Shown in pieces: positions 41,391 through 52,990 of a stretch of DNA of 64,000 nucleotides (its first letter is position 1; each line of letters starts with the position of its first letter). The stretch lies in the NCBI GenBank assembly GCA_964016885.1, contig OZ024742.1:28086001-28150000 (forward strand), in the 5' to 3' direction. This stretch comes from Eledone cirrhosa. Lineage: Eukaryota. Made by a program: the position numbers and the translations under genes. The notes below the pieces were generated by a model. That model was not told where the DNA came from. It made no database searches and saw only the letters and a list, made by a program, of their open reading frames with translations.

Positions 41391-42697
41391 AATAACATGA
41401 CCAGTCGTGACCCTTTGGGTCAAGTTCAATTCAATATATTTTTTAAATCATGTTCACTTAAAATTAAATTTTAAATAATTAAAATATATACAGACATGTA
41501 TATAATGTGAAATGAAACTGAAAGGCCCATATATATACACATGTGTGTATGTGTGTACACATATATGTGTATGTGTGTATATGAGATGCTTAATTAACCT
41601 CGGCTTGATTTGAACTCAGAACAGAGCTGACACAAATACCACACAGTATTTGTCCAATCATCACCATCACTATCTTCAACAACATCACCATCTGCACCAC
41701 AACCAGCACCACCACCACTACTACTACTACTATCATAACCACCCTTACTGCTACCACCACCACTACAACTACAGCCACCACCACCACCCCAACTACTACT
41801 ATCACCACCACCACTACTACTACCACTAACACAACTACCACCACCACCACTACTACCACAACTACCAACACCACTACAACTACCACCACCACCACAACTA
41901 CTACTATCAGCACCACCACCACTACTACCACTAACACAACTACCACAACCACTACTACCACTAACACAACTACCACCACCACTACAACTACCACCACTAC
42001 CACCACCCCAACTACTACTATCAGCACCACCACCCTACTACCACTAACACAACTACTACCACCACTACTACCACAACTACCAACACCACTACAACTACCA
42101 CCACCACCACCAACTACTACAATCAGCACCACCACCACTACTACCACTAACACAACTACCACAACCACTACTACCACTAACACAACTACCACCACCACTA
42201 CAACTACAACCACCACCACCACAACTTTAGAAAGGTTAAGAGAGTATGCACCATCTTTATCTGTTGCGAAATCAGTAACTCAACTGTGTAATAATGTGTT
42301 AATATCAATGGGTAACAAAGCAAGAATAATCACTGTAAAAATGTTTTTTATGCTTCACTGCACACATGAAGAGTTTCTTAATGGTGCTGAGCAGTTGATT
42401 TCTTAGGTATTTTTACAATATGAGTGTTATTTCAACTAACACTGAGTCACTCATCCATAAACTTATACAATAAGTGGTGTGAGATTTAAACCACTAACAA
42501 AATATTATTGCGTGTGTTCACGGCAGGAAGAATACAGAAATATGTTTAAGGAGGATCGCCAGATTAGTTAGAGGAAGTGATTGTATAGTTTTTGTGCGGT
42601 GAAGGATTTTATAGCAAATCACACAGTATTATTCACAGCTCAACATGTGAGCTCTTGCTGCCATTGTTGTTGCTGCTGTTGTTGTTTAGCTCTAGAA

Positions 42698-43615
42698 GAG
42701 AGCTTCCCAAACCTTTTGGATCTACTGCTCACCCCTCACAGCCACGTAATACCCTCATTGACCCCTAACCCTATTTTCAGAGAAGCCTGCCAACAGGTTA
42801 ATTAGAAATCATAATATAATATAATGCGGGACTGCATCCTGAATAGATTTTTTTATCCAATTTGTAAAATAAGTTGGATTACTTAGAATAAATAATTGTT
42901 TCTACTTTTGGCACAAGGCCAACAATTAACCCAGTGCATTACTGGTACTTCATTTATGAATATTACATAATTTATGTACTGAATTTCATAACTCTTGATT
43001 AAATATAAATAATTTTATTGCTTATTTCAAGATTCACTTCTTCTAAAATTTTTAAATGTCAATACTTCCAGTTATGATATAATGGACGCTATATAACGAT
43101 GCATCGTTATATAAGGTTTATATTTCTGCTGCTAATTTTCTCCTTTTTCATTTTCATAAAATTTTGCTGTAATGCAGTTTATATATAATATCGTCTTTTT
43201 TAAATGTATCATGGATTACTTTACTGATTACGGAAGACAGTAACACAGTCTCTCTTCAATTTCTGTGCATGGTCTTAATTACGATTTTATTTGATGTATC
43301 ATATCTACATGTATATATATTTGCATATAATATCAATATGCACACTACACATGCTAGCAGAAAACTACCCGAGGGGTGGTTTTTCTGCTAGTAATATATA
43401 ATAAATAAAATCTTTAATTTATATATAATAAATAATATAATATATACTATGTATAAATAAATATATACTTTTTATTTTAATATATTTATACATAATATGT
43501 ATCATTTGATATTTAATATACTATTATATCATTATACCCGCCTGCTACACACACACTGCCCACTTAGGCCCCAGTTCCCCCTCGGAGGCGGTAGCGCCCA
43601 CTTTGCAAACCTCTG
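42698..43615. mobile_element. hAT-Charlie-type non-autonomous element with nested insertions
   Basis: 8-bp TSD ctctagaa (nTCTAGAn) at 42690-42697 and 43616-43623; ends gagagcttcccaaac and actttgcaaacctctg. Confidence 0.8.
42870..43391 (+). mobile_element. Helitron-like element nested in the hAT element, containing a SINE fragment at ~42893-42952
   Basis: Homologous to 6750-7048; terminal hairpin ctagcagaaaactacccgaggggtggtttttctgCTAG|T. Confidence 0.6.
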
Positions 43616-44355
43616 CTCTAGAATCATTTTCATCATCCAACACCCCTAATGGCTTCTTGTTACTGCTACTGTTCCTGCTGCTGCCATTGTTTAACCCTAG
43701 GTCATTTGTTTGTTAGCACACCTAGTGGTGTTGGTGTTGATTTAGATGTTTAGCATATGATCAAAAACATTCCAGTCATAACCATCTTATATTTTCTTTA
43801 GCATAAGGTATCTTAGACTACATTATCCAATTTGTCTTTCCTTTTTTTATAAACAGTATGGTGAGATTTAACTCATAACACCCTGTAATGATTTAGCAGT
43901 ATATCAAAAGTTTACAGTATATTTACTAGTGGACAGACTATTGTGAAAATGGGCAGTAAACTAAAATTTTAACATGATGCAGTCATAGTGTTGGTTTGTA
44001 CTTTTCAAGTATGACTCAATAATGTGGTTTCATGCAATACAGGACAGTAATAGTTAAGGGAGAAATGGTTGTTAGTGCTAATAGGTTGATAGCCTAGGCT
44101 TCTAGTAGATAGAGTCAAAAATTATGTAGACATTCCCTCCTTGGATTATACAGAGATAGTATGTTGCTGCTGCATCAATTTGGGATTAGAATTTCATCTC
44201 TTGCTAAAGGAGTTTTATTTTAGCTACTCCTTTCACCTGTGATGTTTGGAACACAAATGAAATTCACCAACTTCACTTTTTCCCAATGTAATAAATGAAA
44301 CTGAATTTTTTATAAATGACAGACAAATTTCAGAAAGCTGGTACAATATGGTAGA

Positions 44356-44547
44356 AATATATAAAGGGCAAAAGATGACAAATAAAACAAAGCAATGCTT
44401 TTACCCAATATATTTCAACATGATATTTCAGGGATAAAACCCTCTTTTCAAAAGAGACTAATAACCCTAAAATACTATGTTGAAATATACTGGGTAAAAA
44501 CATTGCTTTGTTTTGTTTTATTTGCTAGCCTTTGCCCTTTATATATT
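44356..44547. mobile_element. Fold-back MITE-like inverted repeat
   Basis: ~80-bp imperfect inverted arms (aatatataaagggcaaa...tttgcccttt atatatt) around a central ctcttttcaaaagag. Confidence 0.8.
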
Positions 44548-44682
44548 GGTAAGAGCTGATCTTAAATCACTGAGACTCACAGAGGAGATGATGAAGGAAT
44601 ATGAGGAGTAGAGAGATGTTATGCTGAAAAGGATCCACCCAACCTATGCAAGCATGAAAATATGGACAGAAAAATGATGATA
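44548..44682 (+). mobile_element. RTE 3' terminal fragment
   Basis: Homologous to 13510-13645 (RADLKSLRLTEEM). Confidence 0.75.
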
Positions 44683-45184
44683 ATTTGTTCAGAGGTAGAA
44701 GTGAAGCCCCCTCGAGCTGCCTTTTCAGGGCTGCAGAGTCTTCTTATTTCAAGGCATCAAACATGTAGATGTGTGTGTGGAAAGGTAAGGTGCAGTCAGT
44801 TATAACCAATCACCCACCCTCATGTTCTGTACTTGATGAGTACTTTATTCTATCAACCCTTGGAAAGACAAGAAACTTAAAGTTGACTTCAGCAGGATTT
44901 GAACACAGTACAACATATGAAATCAGAAACTGATTAAAAATAAAGAGAAATGTACTGAAAGAATTTAGAGTGAAATTAAGAAAGATGAGAACTAAAGAAT
45001 GAAAAGAAAACCAAACAAATAAAGAAGAAAAATTTGAGTCAGCATACGAACATATTGAGATCTATACTACTATCAGAGAGACATCTTAGGGAGAATTCTC
45101 TCAAACGAAATTAGAATTAGAGAAAAATAATAAAATAAAATTTGAATTAACAAGAACTGTGAGGTATTGCTATGTTGTATAAAT

Positions 45185-45227
<43 letters not shown>

Positions 45228-45320
45228 TAATATTGATAAAATTAACAACAACAGTAATAATAATAATAACAATGATGATGATGAAAATAATAATAATAAT
45301 AATAATGATATTAATGATAA
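45185..45320. repeat. (AAT)n microsatellite
   Basis: Direct inspection. Confidence 0.95.
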
Positions 45321-46794
45321 TAGAAATAATATATGTGGTTCTCCAAAATAGAACCATAATTTCTCACATTCTAGATGTAAATGATTGCAGAAATATAATT
45401 TTAGATATTAGAATGAATCTGGAACAATATTACATTTCTACCAATTTCATGTTATCTCTTAAACGATATTAAATAATATCTCGCAAGTAAGCTGAAAGAA
45501 AAAAAAGTCTTGAGATAAAAAAAGAAACAAATGGAAAAAATTTCCATATTCATATATTCACAATGTTTATGGTTATTTTTTCTGTTTGTTTTTTTTTTTT
45601 CGTTTAATAGGTAAGAAAATGTACAATGTATCTTTAAATATTTTTACAAGAAGGCAGGCGATTTGGGAAGTTTCCCAGTGTTTGGAGGGTTTTTTAGTCA
45701 GGGAAAAAACATAAATATTAGAGAATTCCATTTTATTTTCATTTATCCTTCCTTCTTTTCCATCCTATTTATCCCTACAGCTTTATATAGCCACAGAAAG
45801 TAGAGAGAATCCTTCAGACATGACACAACAAACCCTGGGATGTTAGGGCCATGAATGAAGCAGCCACTACACATAAGATGGTTGGTGATAGGAAGGACAT
45901 CCAGTTGTAGAAACCATGCCAAAAAAAGATGAAAGTACTCATTGTGTGTGTCAATGGCACATCGACCTCTCTTGTATTGGCGAGGACACAACAAAAGATA
46001 AAAGGCAACTACTACACAAAAACAAGCTTATTTGTATAATTGAATCAATGGTGGTTTCAGGTGATATCTTTCTCATATATTTTTCTTTAGATATATATAT
46101 TTATATATATATATATATATGAGGTCTGAACATAATAGAACCAAATTCCCACTGTAACTGCTTTCGTCTCTCTCGCTCTCCCCATCTCTCACTATTATAA
46201 GCGAATGGGGCCTACACACTGGCCGCCCGGCAGCCCCAGCAGACAGATACTGTAAAGTGGTTGGTGATAGAAAACTCATCTAGAAAACTTGCTAACCAAA
46301 GAGTTATGAGGACACTTCATCTGCATCAAAAACTTGACAATATCTCTAATATTTGTGCCATGATAAAATGCATCCAACCAATCCTTGTTAGCTGGGAAAA
46401 CAGACATTAAATGATGAGGATGATATACTGATGATGTTTAATCAGGGAAGGAAGAGTATTGCTCATGACACTTTTTAGGATCTTTGAGTCTGTTAGTAGG
46501 AAGGAAGGAACATATTCTCTAGACAGAGACCTGGCTTGAATTCTCGTAATAGAGTGGCTTCTACTAAATGAACCCAAAGGTCAGTTATTTGTGTTAAACC
46601 ACGTAATAGATTATCACACAAATAGAATACAGCAGCATTTTAACTTATTTTACCACCCACCATCCCACACACACACACCTGAGAGGGTGAAAAGCTGATT
46701 TCAATGGGATTTGAACACAGAATGTAAAGATCCAAAAGAAATACTTCAAATCAATCCTTTGGCTCCTCCAACGATTCTACTACTCTGGCTACTT

Positions 46795-47305
46795 TTAATA
46801 ATGGTTTCTGATTTAGGCACAAGCCTAAAAGTTTTTAAGGTAGGAAAAGTTGATTAAATCGTACATTACTGGTACTTTATTTTATTAACCCTGTAAGGAA
46901 GAAGGTCAAAGTTAACCTCAGTGGAATTTGTAAAATAATAATGCTTTCTGATATAGGCACAATGCCAACAATTTTAGGGGAGGCGATTGTTGATTAAATT
47001 CACCCTGGTGCGTTACTGGTACTTTATTTTATAGGACACCATAAAGATGAAACGCAAATCTAACACCCATGGGATTTGTAAAATAATAATGCTTTCTCAT
47101 ATAGGTACAAGGCCAACACTTTGTAGGGAGGGGCATGTTGATTAAATCGCCCCGGGGAATTACTGGTAATTTATTTTATCAACCCCCATAAGGATGAAAG
47201 GCAAAGCTAACCTTGACGGCGTTTGAACTCAGAACATATAGGGCCATAACTCTATGCTGCAAAGCATAGTCTCTGACACTCTATCAATATTGCCAATCCA
47301 CCAGA
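46795..47305 (-). mobile_element. Meta-domain-like SINE with its 3' portion present three times in tandem
   Basis: taatg[cg]tttct.at.tagg.acaa...ctggta.tttatttt...aaagttaacc recurs at ~46797, 46937 and 47085. Confidence 0.7.
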
Positions 47306-47559
47306 AGAAATAATAAAAGGAATCTGGCCTGTTGCTCTAAGAATTCCACCAATCCAATATGTTGGACTGGTATTTTTCTATTCAAAACAAATATTTTACA
47401 AAAGGGTCAGTGAGTGGAGAGATATTTGGCTGAAAAGGACCCTTCTAACCAATCCAAGCTTTGGAAAACAGACATGATGATGAAAATAAATTAAATAACT
47501 TCTTAATATATAAAAGTGAGAAAGCTCACCGCTAGAAAGACAAAATGAGGTGTATTTGA

Positions 47560-47779
47560 CCCTTTAGCATTTATATTACTCTATATTTACTATGGTATTT
47601 TCACAGTAAAATCTTTATCTTATACAATTATCTCACATAATATCAAGTCTAAGAGTTTTGATGCTATGTATTTTGAGAACAATACCTTAATGTAGGTATC
47701 AGTGGCCAGTTACAGCCGGTTTGAATAGAAAGTGGTGAGATAATTCTGACCAGATACAGCCGGTCTAAACGCTAAAAGG
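47560..47779. mobile_element. piggyBac-like MITE
   Basis: TIRs ccctttagcattta / taaacgctaaaagg, flanked by ttga and ttaa; related ends at ~5640 and 63683-63870. Confidence 0.7.
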
Positions 47780-48568
47780 TTAAATACATATTAAAATGAG
47801 AAAACTCATCACCAGAAAGACAAAAGCGAGGGTGTATTTGAATACATATTAAAGACTCAACATGGTTTTTACATATTCTTAAAATAATTTTTTATATTTT
47901 GGGAAAGATTGGAAAGTTTTAAAATTTCATACAGCTGTGTCTCTGTCAATCAATCCTATTTCATTTTTTTTCTCTCCACAATTGTATCATTGCATGTGGT
48001 AAGAGGCAACTAAATGGATTGGTGTCACATATTACATCCAGGCATAAAACACTGCTTCAAAATATATTATCCAATGTATGATGATGATGATGATGACGAC
48101 AATGAGGAGGAGGATGGAGGGAGGGAGATAATAGTGGTAATAACGGTGGTAATGACAATGGTGATGATAATGATGATGATGACAGTGAAAGTCATGATGA
48201 TGGTGGCAGTTTTGGTGGTGAGGAGAATGGCAATGATAATGATGGTGGTGATAGAGTTGACGATGATGATGATGATGAGGAGGAGGAGGAATAAGGTAGT
48301 CTAAGATTGCATGTCATTTCTAACCCTAACCAATTAATTCAATTAGAAGCTCCAACATGTTTGCTGAGGTGTATGGAAGGCATATCACAGTAGAAGAGAT
48401 ACAAATTGAACACAAGACATTAATATAATTTCTAGATTATACACAAGGTTATAAATTTGAGTGGAGGGAAGGGTTTATTAAATCAACCTTAATACAAGCA
48501 CCAGCTGACAAGGGTTGAAGAATCCTGGCACTTGAGGACATAGGCTTCAGAAGACTAATAACAACTCA

Positions 48569-49101
48569 ACCATGAAGTAGATTATACTGGGTTACGTGAT
48601 ACCAGTAACAGACAGAAGGCTGACCTGATCTATTGGGGCAACTGGTTCAGTCTCCAACCACATGACCATGAAGCAGGTAATACTTGGTTACGTGGTACCA
48701 GTAGCAGGCAGAAGCTTGACCTGGTCTGGTCGGAGAGGCAGTTTAGTTGCTGACCACTTAACCATGAAGCAGGTAATACTGGGTTACATGGTACCAATAG
48801 CAGGCAGAAGCTTCACCTGGTCTGGTGGGAGAGGCAGTTTAGTTGCTGACCACTTGACCATGAAGCAAGTAGTACCGGGTTACATGGTACCAATAGCAGG
48901 CAGAAGCTTGACCTGGTCTGGTGGGAGAGGCAGTTTAGTTGCTGATCACTTGACCATGAAGCAGGTAATACTGGGTTACATGGTACCAGTAGCAGGCAGA
49001 AGCTTGACCTGGTCTGGTGGGAGAGGCTGTTTAGTTGCTGATCACTTGACCATGAAGCAGGTAATACTGGGTTATATGGTACCAGTAGCAGGCAGAAGCT
49101 T
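48569..49101. repeat. 96-bp tandem repeat, ~5.5 copies
   Basis: accatgaag recurs at 48569, 48665, 48761, 48857, 48953 and 49049. Confidence 0.95.
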
Positions 49102-49176
49102 TAGCATTGAATAAATAAATAATTTCTACTACATACATAGAATATATTTTACACCCATTTCAAAATACAAAAACAT

Positions 49177-50110
49177 GAGGCCTCGGGCGTAAGGGTCGAG
49201 GGCACCATGAATGAGCCTATTGGTGAGTGCCACAATTGCACTCAGAAGGCGGCGCCCAGCCTCAGTGGAGAGGGAGATGTCAACTCCTTGAGGTGGCCTG
49301 GTCGGAGACCATCAACACCTCCGCAGCTGCTAGCAATGATGAGACATTGGCCTTGACGAAGGCTGCTGTTGACCAGCCGCCCCGGTCAGCGCCAGAGCTG
49401 GGGAGGCCGAGGGCGAGTGGGGCAAAATAGAACAGCCGCTCCCAGTCACTGGCTCGATTGGAGTCCAGGGTGCTCTCAATCGATGAAACGAGGGCATCGG
49501 CTACCGGCACCCATACCGCTCTCGGGATTCTGAGTGGGATCTTCCGGAGCCGCCTGAGCCGAGCGATGTTGACCAGTGCGCTTAGGCGTCAGGCAAGCTC
49601 GCTGTCCCATCTGGTGGTGTGCCAGACGGCCGTGGCTGGGAAGATGTGGGGAAGAGGCAGCTCCTGCACCTCCACGCTGCGAGGGCATTGGAAGCTCGAC
49701 GAGTCAAGCCAATGAAGGTGAGGTGGTAGAAGCAGCCGCACCCCAAACAGTTCCGGCCCCTCTTCCGTTTGTTAGTGGTGCTGCAAGTGCTGCAGGTGTC
49801 GATTTGGAGGGGTGGGGGATGGGGCGTGGGGCTGAGGACTGGGGAACCGAGCGTCATCAGGGGTGGGTGGCTGTGTGTGTGGGTGGAAGGGAAAGTGCTG
49901 GTAAGAGGGCAGCATAGCTCACCTATATATATGGAGGTGCCAGAAAACGAGAGCGAAAAGGGGCTGCATGGATGGGGAGACACAGGAAGGTAGAATGGCA
50001 GTAAATGAATGAGTGAATGGATGGATGGATGTACACAAAAAATAAAAAAAGAGGGGGGGGAAACAAGGGGTTGTTCCCAGCGGAAAGACCCAGAGTTCAG
50101 CACGCACACA
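49177..50110 (-). mobile_element. CRE-clade retrotransposon 5' part (PHD-like finger, N-terminal region, start of RT), disrupted
   Basis: CSTC-x11-CLGC-x4-H...WRCRSC; LRIPRAVWVPVADAL...DWERLFYF; STEAGRRLLSAIVALTNRLIHG. The 5' boundary is approximate. Confidence 0.75.
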
Positions 50111-50366
50111 TGCGAGCAACTGAGCAGTTTGTCAAAGACGATATTCTCAATGGACGCGCTTACAATATTTGAATATAACTGAACCGTCGTGTCATTTAAT
50201 TTGAAAAGTGGAGCAAAGTAAAAGGAAAATAGTGAATTTGGAGATTTTTTTCAATACCGGACTTACAGTTTTCCAGGATTTATACTCATTTTTTTTTTTC
50301 CTTCAAAAGGATGGAGGCGTTTTATCTCCTCATGAAACTGACATTACTTAATGATGTTCGTCATCT

Positions 50367-50456
50367 ATGGCTTATTCATATGTATTATTTCATAACTTTA
50401 TAGAACGATTTCAATGTTTGTGCAGTGTTCTGTGTCCAGCCAAGTTTGTACAACAG
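50367..50456 (+). CDS. Candidate first coding exon of an unidentified host gene (MAYSYVLFHNFIERFQCLCSVLCPAKFVQQ)
   Basis: ATGG start, 30 open codons, CAG|GTAAGA donor, in locally CpG-rich unique sequence; no homology recognised. Confidence 0.25.
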
Positions 50457-50687
50457 GTAAGAAAAATGATGATTCGGTGACGGTTTCTTCTGATAGGAGC
50501 CCCTTCCACGTCGGAGGATCAAAATGTGTTTTCTTGTCTTCTTCAATACTTTCATAAACGGCTTCGGAGATTTAAAACTTATGTTTCAATTGGTGCTTCC
50601 ATTTCCACATGGTTCTATTGTCTTATTTACAAAAATATATATTTCTATATATTTATTTATTTCTCTTCTTTTAGTATAATAGACAAC

Positions 50688-51330
50688 ACTAGGCCTCTGG
50701 TCCCCGATCTCACTAGCTTTGCCGGCGTATCTTTCATCGGTAACCTCGTGCCGCGTCCTCATCAGCAGGGTTCTTCAAAACACAACAGAACCCTCTGTGT
50801 TCAGAGAACGTGAGGCCGCCTGTGTGACGTGGGACCGGCTGGGACTTAGCCCAGTAGACGTCCCTCCTCCTTCTCCCCCTGTTGATGTCAAGTCCCCCCA
50901 ACGCACTTGGGATGCCATCCAGTGCAGCCTGGCCTCAGACAGGCTCACGCGCCAGCTCGACCAGCACCGCCTTGCTTGTTTTCATGCAGCCTCCAAACCC
51001 CACAGTGGTGCCTGGCTTCATGCTCTGCCCTCCTTCTCCACTGGCACGCAGCTAGACAACCATAGCCTGCGAATCGGCGTTTCTCTGAGGCTTGGCCTCT
51101 GGATCTGCCAGCCACACCAATGTCGCTGCAGTTCCCTCGGCCCCAGGGCTACCTCCTTACTCACCACCATAGGCGCTGAGCTGGCCAGCCGTAGGTGTGA
51201 GCCCCGCGAGTTGGAGTGGCTTTTCCAGTACGTCTCCCTTGCCGTCCTCCGAGGAAACACCTTCTCCATTCTGCCCGGCAGGGCTGTGGGTGGGCCCCAT
51301 CGTGTACCAATACATTAGTTAAATACCATT
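50688..51330 (+). mobile_element. CRE-clade retrotransposon 3' part with the endonuclease core deleted
   Basis: LALPAYLSS...QRTWD...PHSGAWLHALP...LDNHSLRIGVSLRLG...PHQCRC joined directly to SLGPRA...EWLFQYVSLAVLRGN; its end aligns with 34396-34540. Confidence 0.85.
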
Positions 51331-52157
51331 CTTTCATCTGATACAACACAATAAAGTCTGTATATAGAGAAACAGGTTGTCTTCATATATTTACCTGTAC
51401 ATATGTAGTTATATATGCATCATTTATATGTCTATGTGTCTATATATGTGTGTATATTTGCATCACATTCCTGTGTGTGTGTGTGTCTGTATGTGGTTCT
51501 ATTTGCATCACGTGTGTGTGTCTATGTGCATGTTATATTTGCATCACATATATGTGTGTGTGTGTGCGTGCGTGTGAATGTAGTTATAGTTGTATGATGT
51601 GCATGTCTGTGTATGTGTGTGTGTGCCTGTGTAGGTGGTTATATTTTCATCACATATATATCTATGTGTGTGTCTGTGTACATGCTTATAGTTGTATGAT
51701 GTATGTGTCTGTGTATGATGTCTGTGTAAGTGAACATATGAGTGCATATATTCAACACAGTATAAGAAAATATACTTTGTAATTAACTAATATTACTTAA
51801 CTCTGTGTATATAAACAGGAACGTTACAGAAGATATCTCCAGATAAGAAAATTGCTATTTCTGATTGTCTAACTTCAAATGTGGCAATTTTTGTTTTGTT
51901 TTCTCTTTCTGTTTTTTTAATGTACAACAATTTCTCTTTCATGTATTTTTTCCTCTTTACTTTCTGTCAATTACCATTACCAAGTCTTGTATATATGCCT
52001 CTCTACCAAATTATTGCAGACAGTCAAATAATATATGTATCGATCTATCTTTTATAAGTGCAATCATAGCTGTGAGTCTCACAAGTTTACTTTGCCATTC
52101 TATAGTACTTGGTTCACTTCCACTATACACCACTCTGGACAAGTGTCATCTACCATA

Positions 52158-52305
52158 AGGTACATGGCCTAGTGCTTACAATATTGGACTTATGATAATA
52201 ATATTTGGGGTTCAATTCCCTCACCAGATGGTGTGTTGTATTCTTGATTAAAAAAAAAAAACATTCCTTTTCACGTCACTCCAGTCAACCCAGCTTTAAA
52301 ATATG
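52158..52305 (+). mobile_element. Old CORE-type SINE remnant
   Basis: ggtacatggcctagtg...ggttcaattcc...gtgtgttgtattcttga...ctccagtcaacccagct. Confidence 0.65.
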
Positions 52306-52803
52306 CACCAGGAGAAGCAGGTAGCCAGTAAGGTGGGTGTCTTGTACTCTTGGTTGCTTAATGCAAATGAAATTGGTATAAGCTACAGCCTAATGAGCCT
52401 CTGGAATTGGGGCAGATTTTAACCTTCATTATCTTTTCTTCTGGCAGCAGTTCCTTTGTCCATCCCTTTCGCCTGCCTTTCATTGAATGTGGTCCTAGGT
52501 GTGTATATTACCTGCTTGTGTATGTGTTTTTCTTTTATGTAATATATATTATTTAATAAAAACTGATACCCTATTTTTAAAAAAAAATTCTATTATAGCC
52601 TCACATCGACTAATCCTTTACAAGTAAACAACATGGATGAGTTAAGAAAAAAAATCTAGGTATAAAAGGAATAAGATATAGTATGCAGGAGGGATGGCTT
52701 CAGTGGTACAGATGAGATATGTATGGATAATAATTCTTAGATGAAGTGCCAAGAGATCTCAATAGGAGGAAACTATAGTAGAGGAAGACTAGCATAGAAG
52801 TGA

Positions 52804-52990
52804 CTAGCAGATTTACCCGGCATTGCCCGGGGTTTGAAATGCAACAAAGAATAAACAAGAAACAAACGATAATATTAGTGATTTATCGTCAAATGAATCT
52901 GATGTTTATATTTCTGTCAATAAAGTTGGTTATCTCCCTTCTTTTTATAAGGATTGTCAATAATATGGTGGATTCTCTCATCCCAAATAA
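52804..52990 (-). mobile_element. Helitron 3' terminus (extent approximate)
   Basis: Minus strand reads ccgggcaatgccgggtaaatctgCTAG|T: a GC hairpin shortly before CTAG. Confidence 0.65.

Noticed and set aside
48662-49114. 150-aa ORF of 32-aa repeats
   Set aside because: Product of a 96-bp tandem repeat derived from a dispersed element; the diverged first unit has stops and no protein family was recognised.
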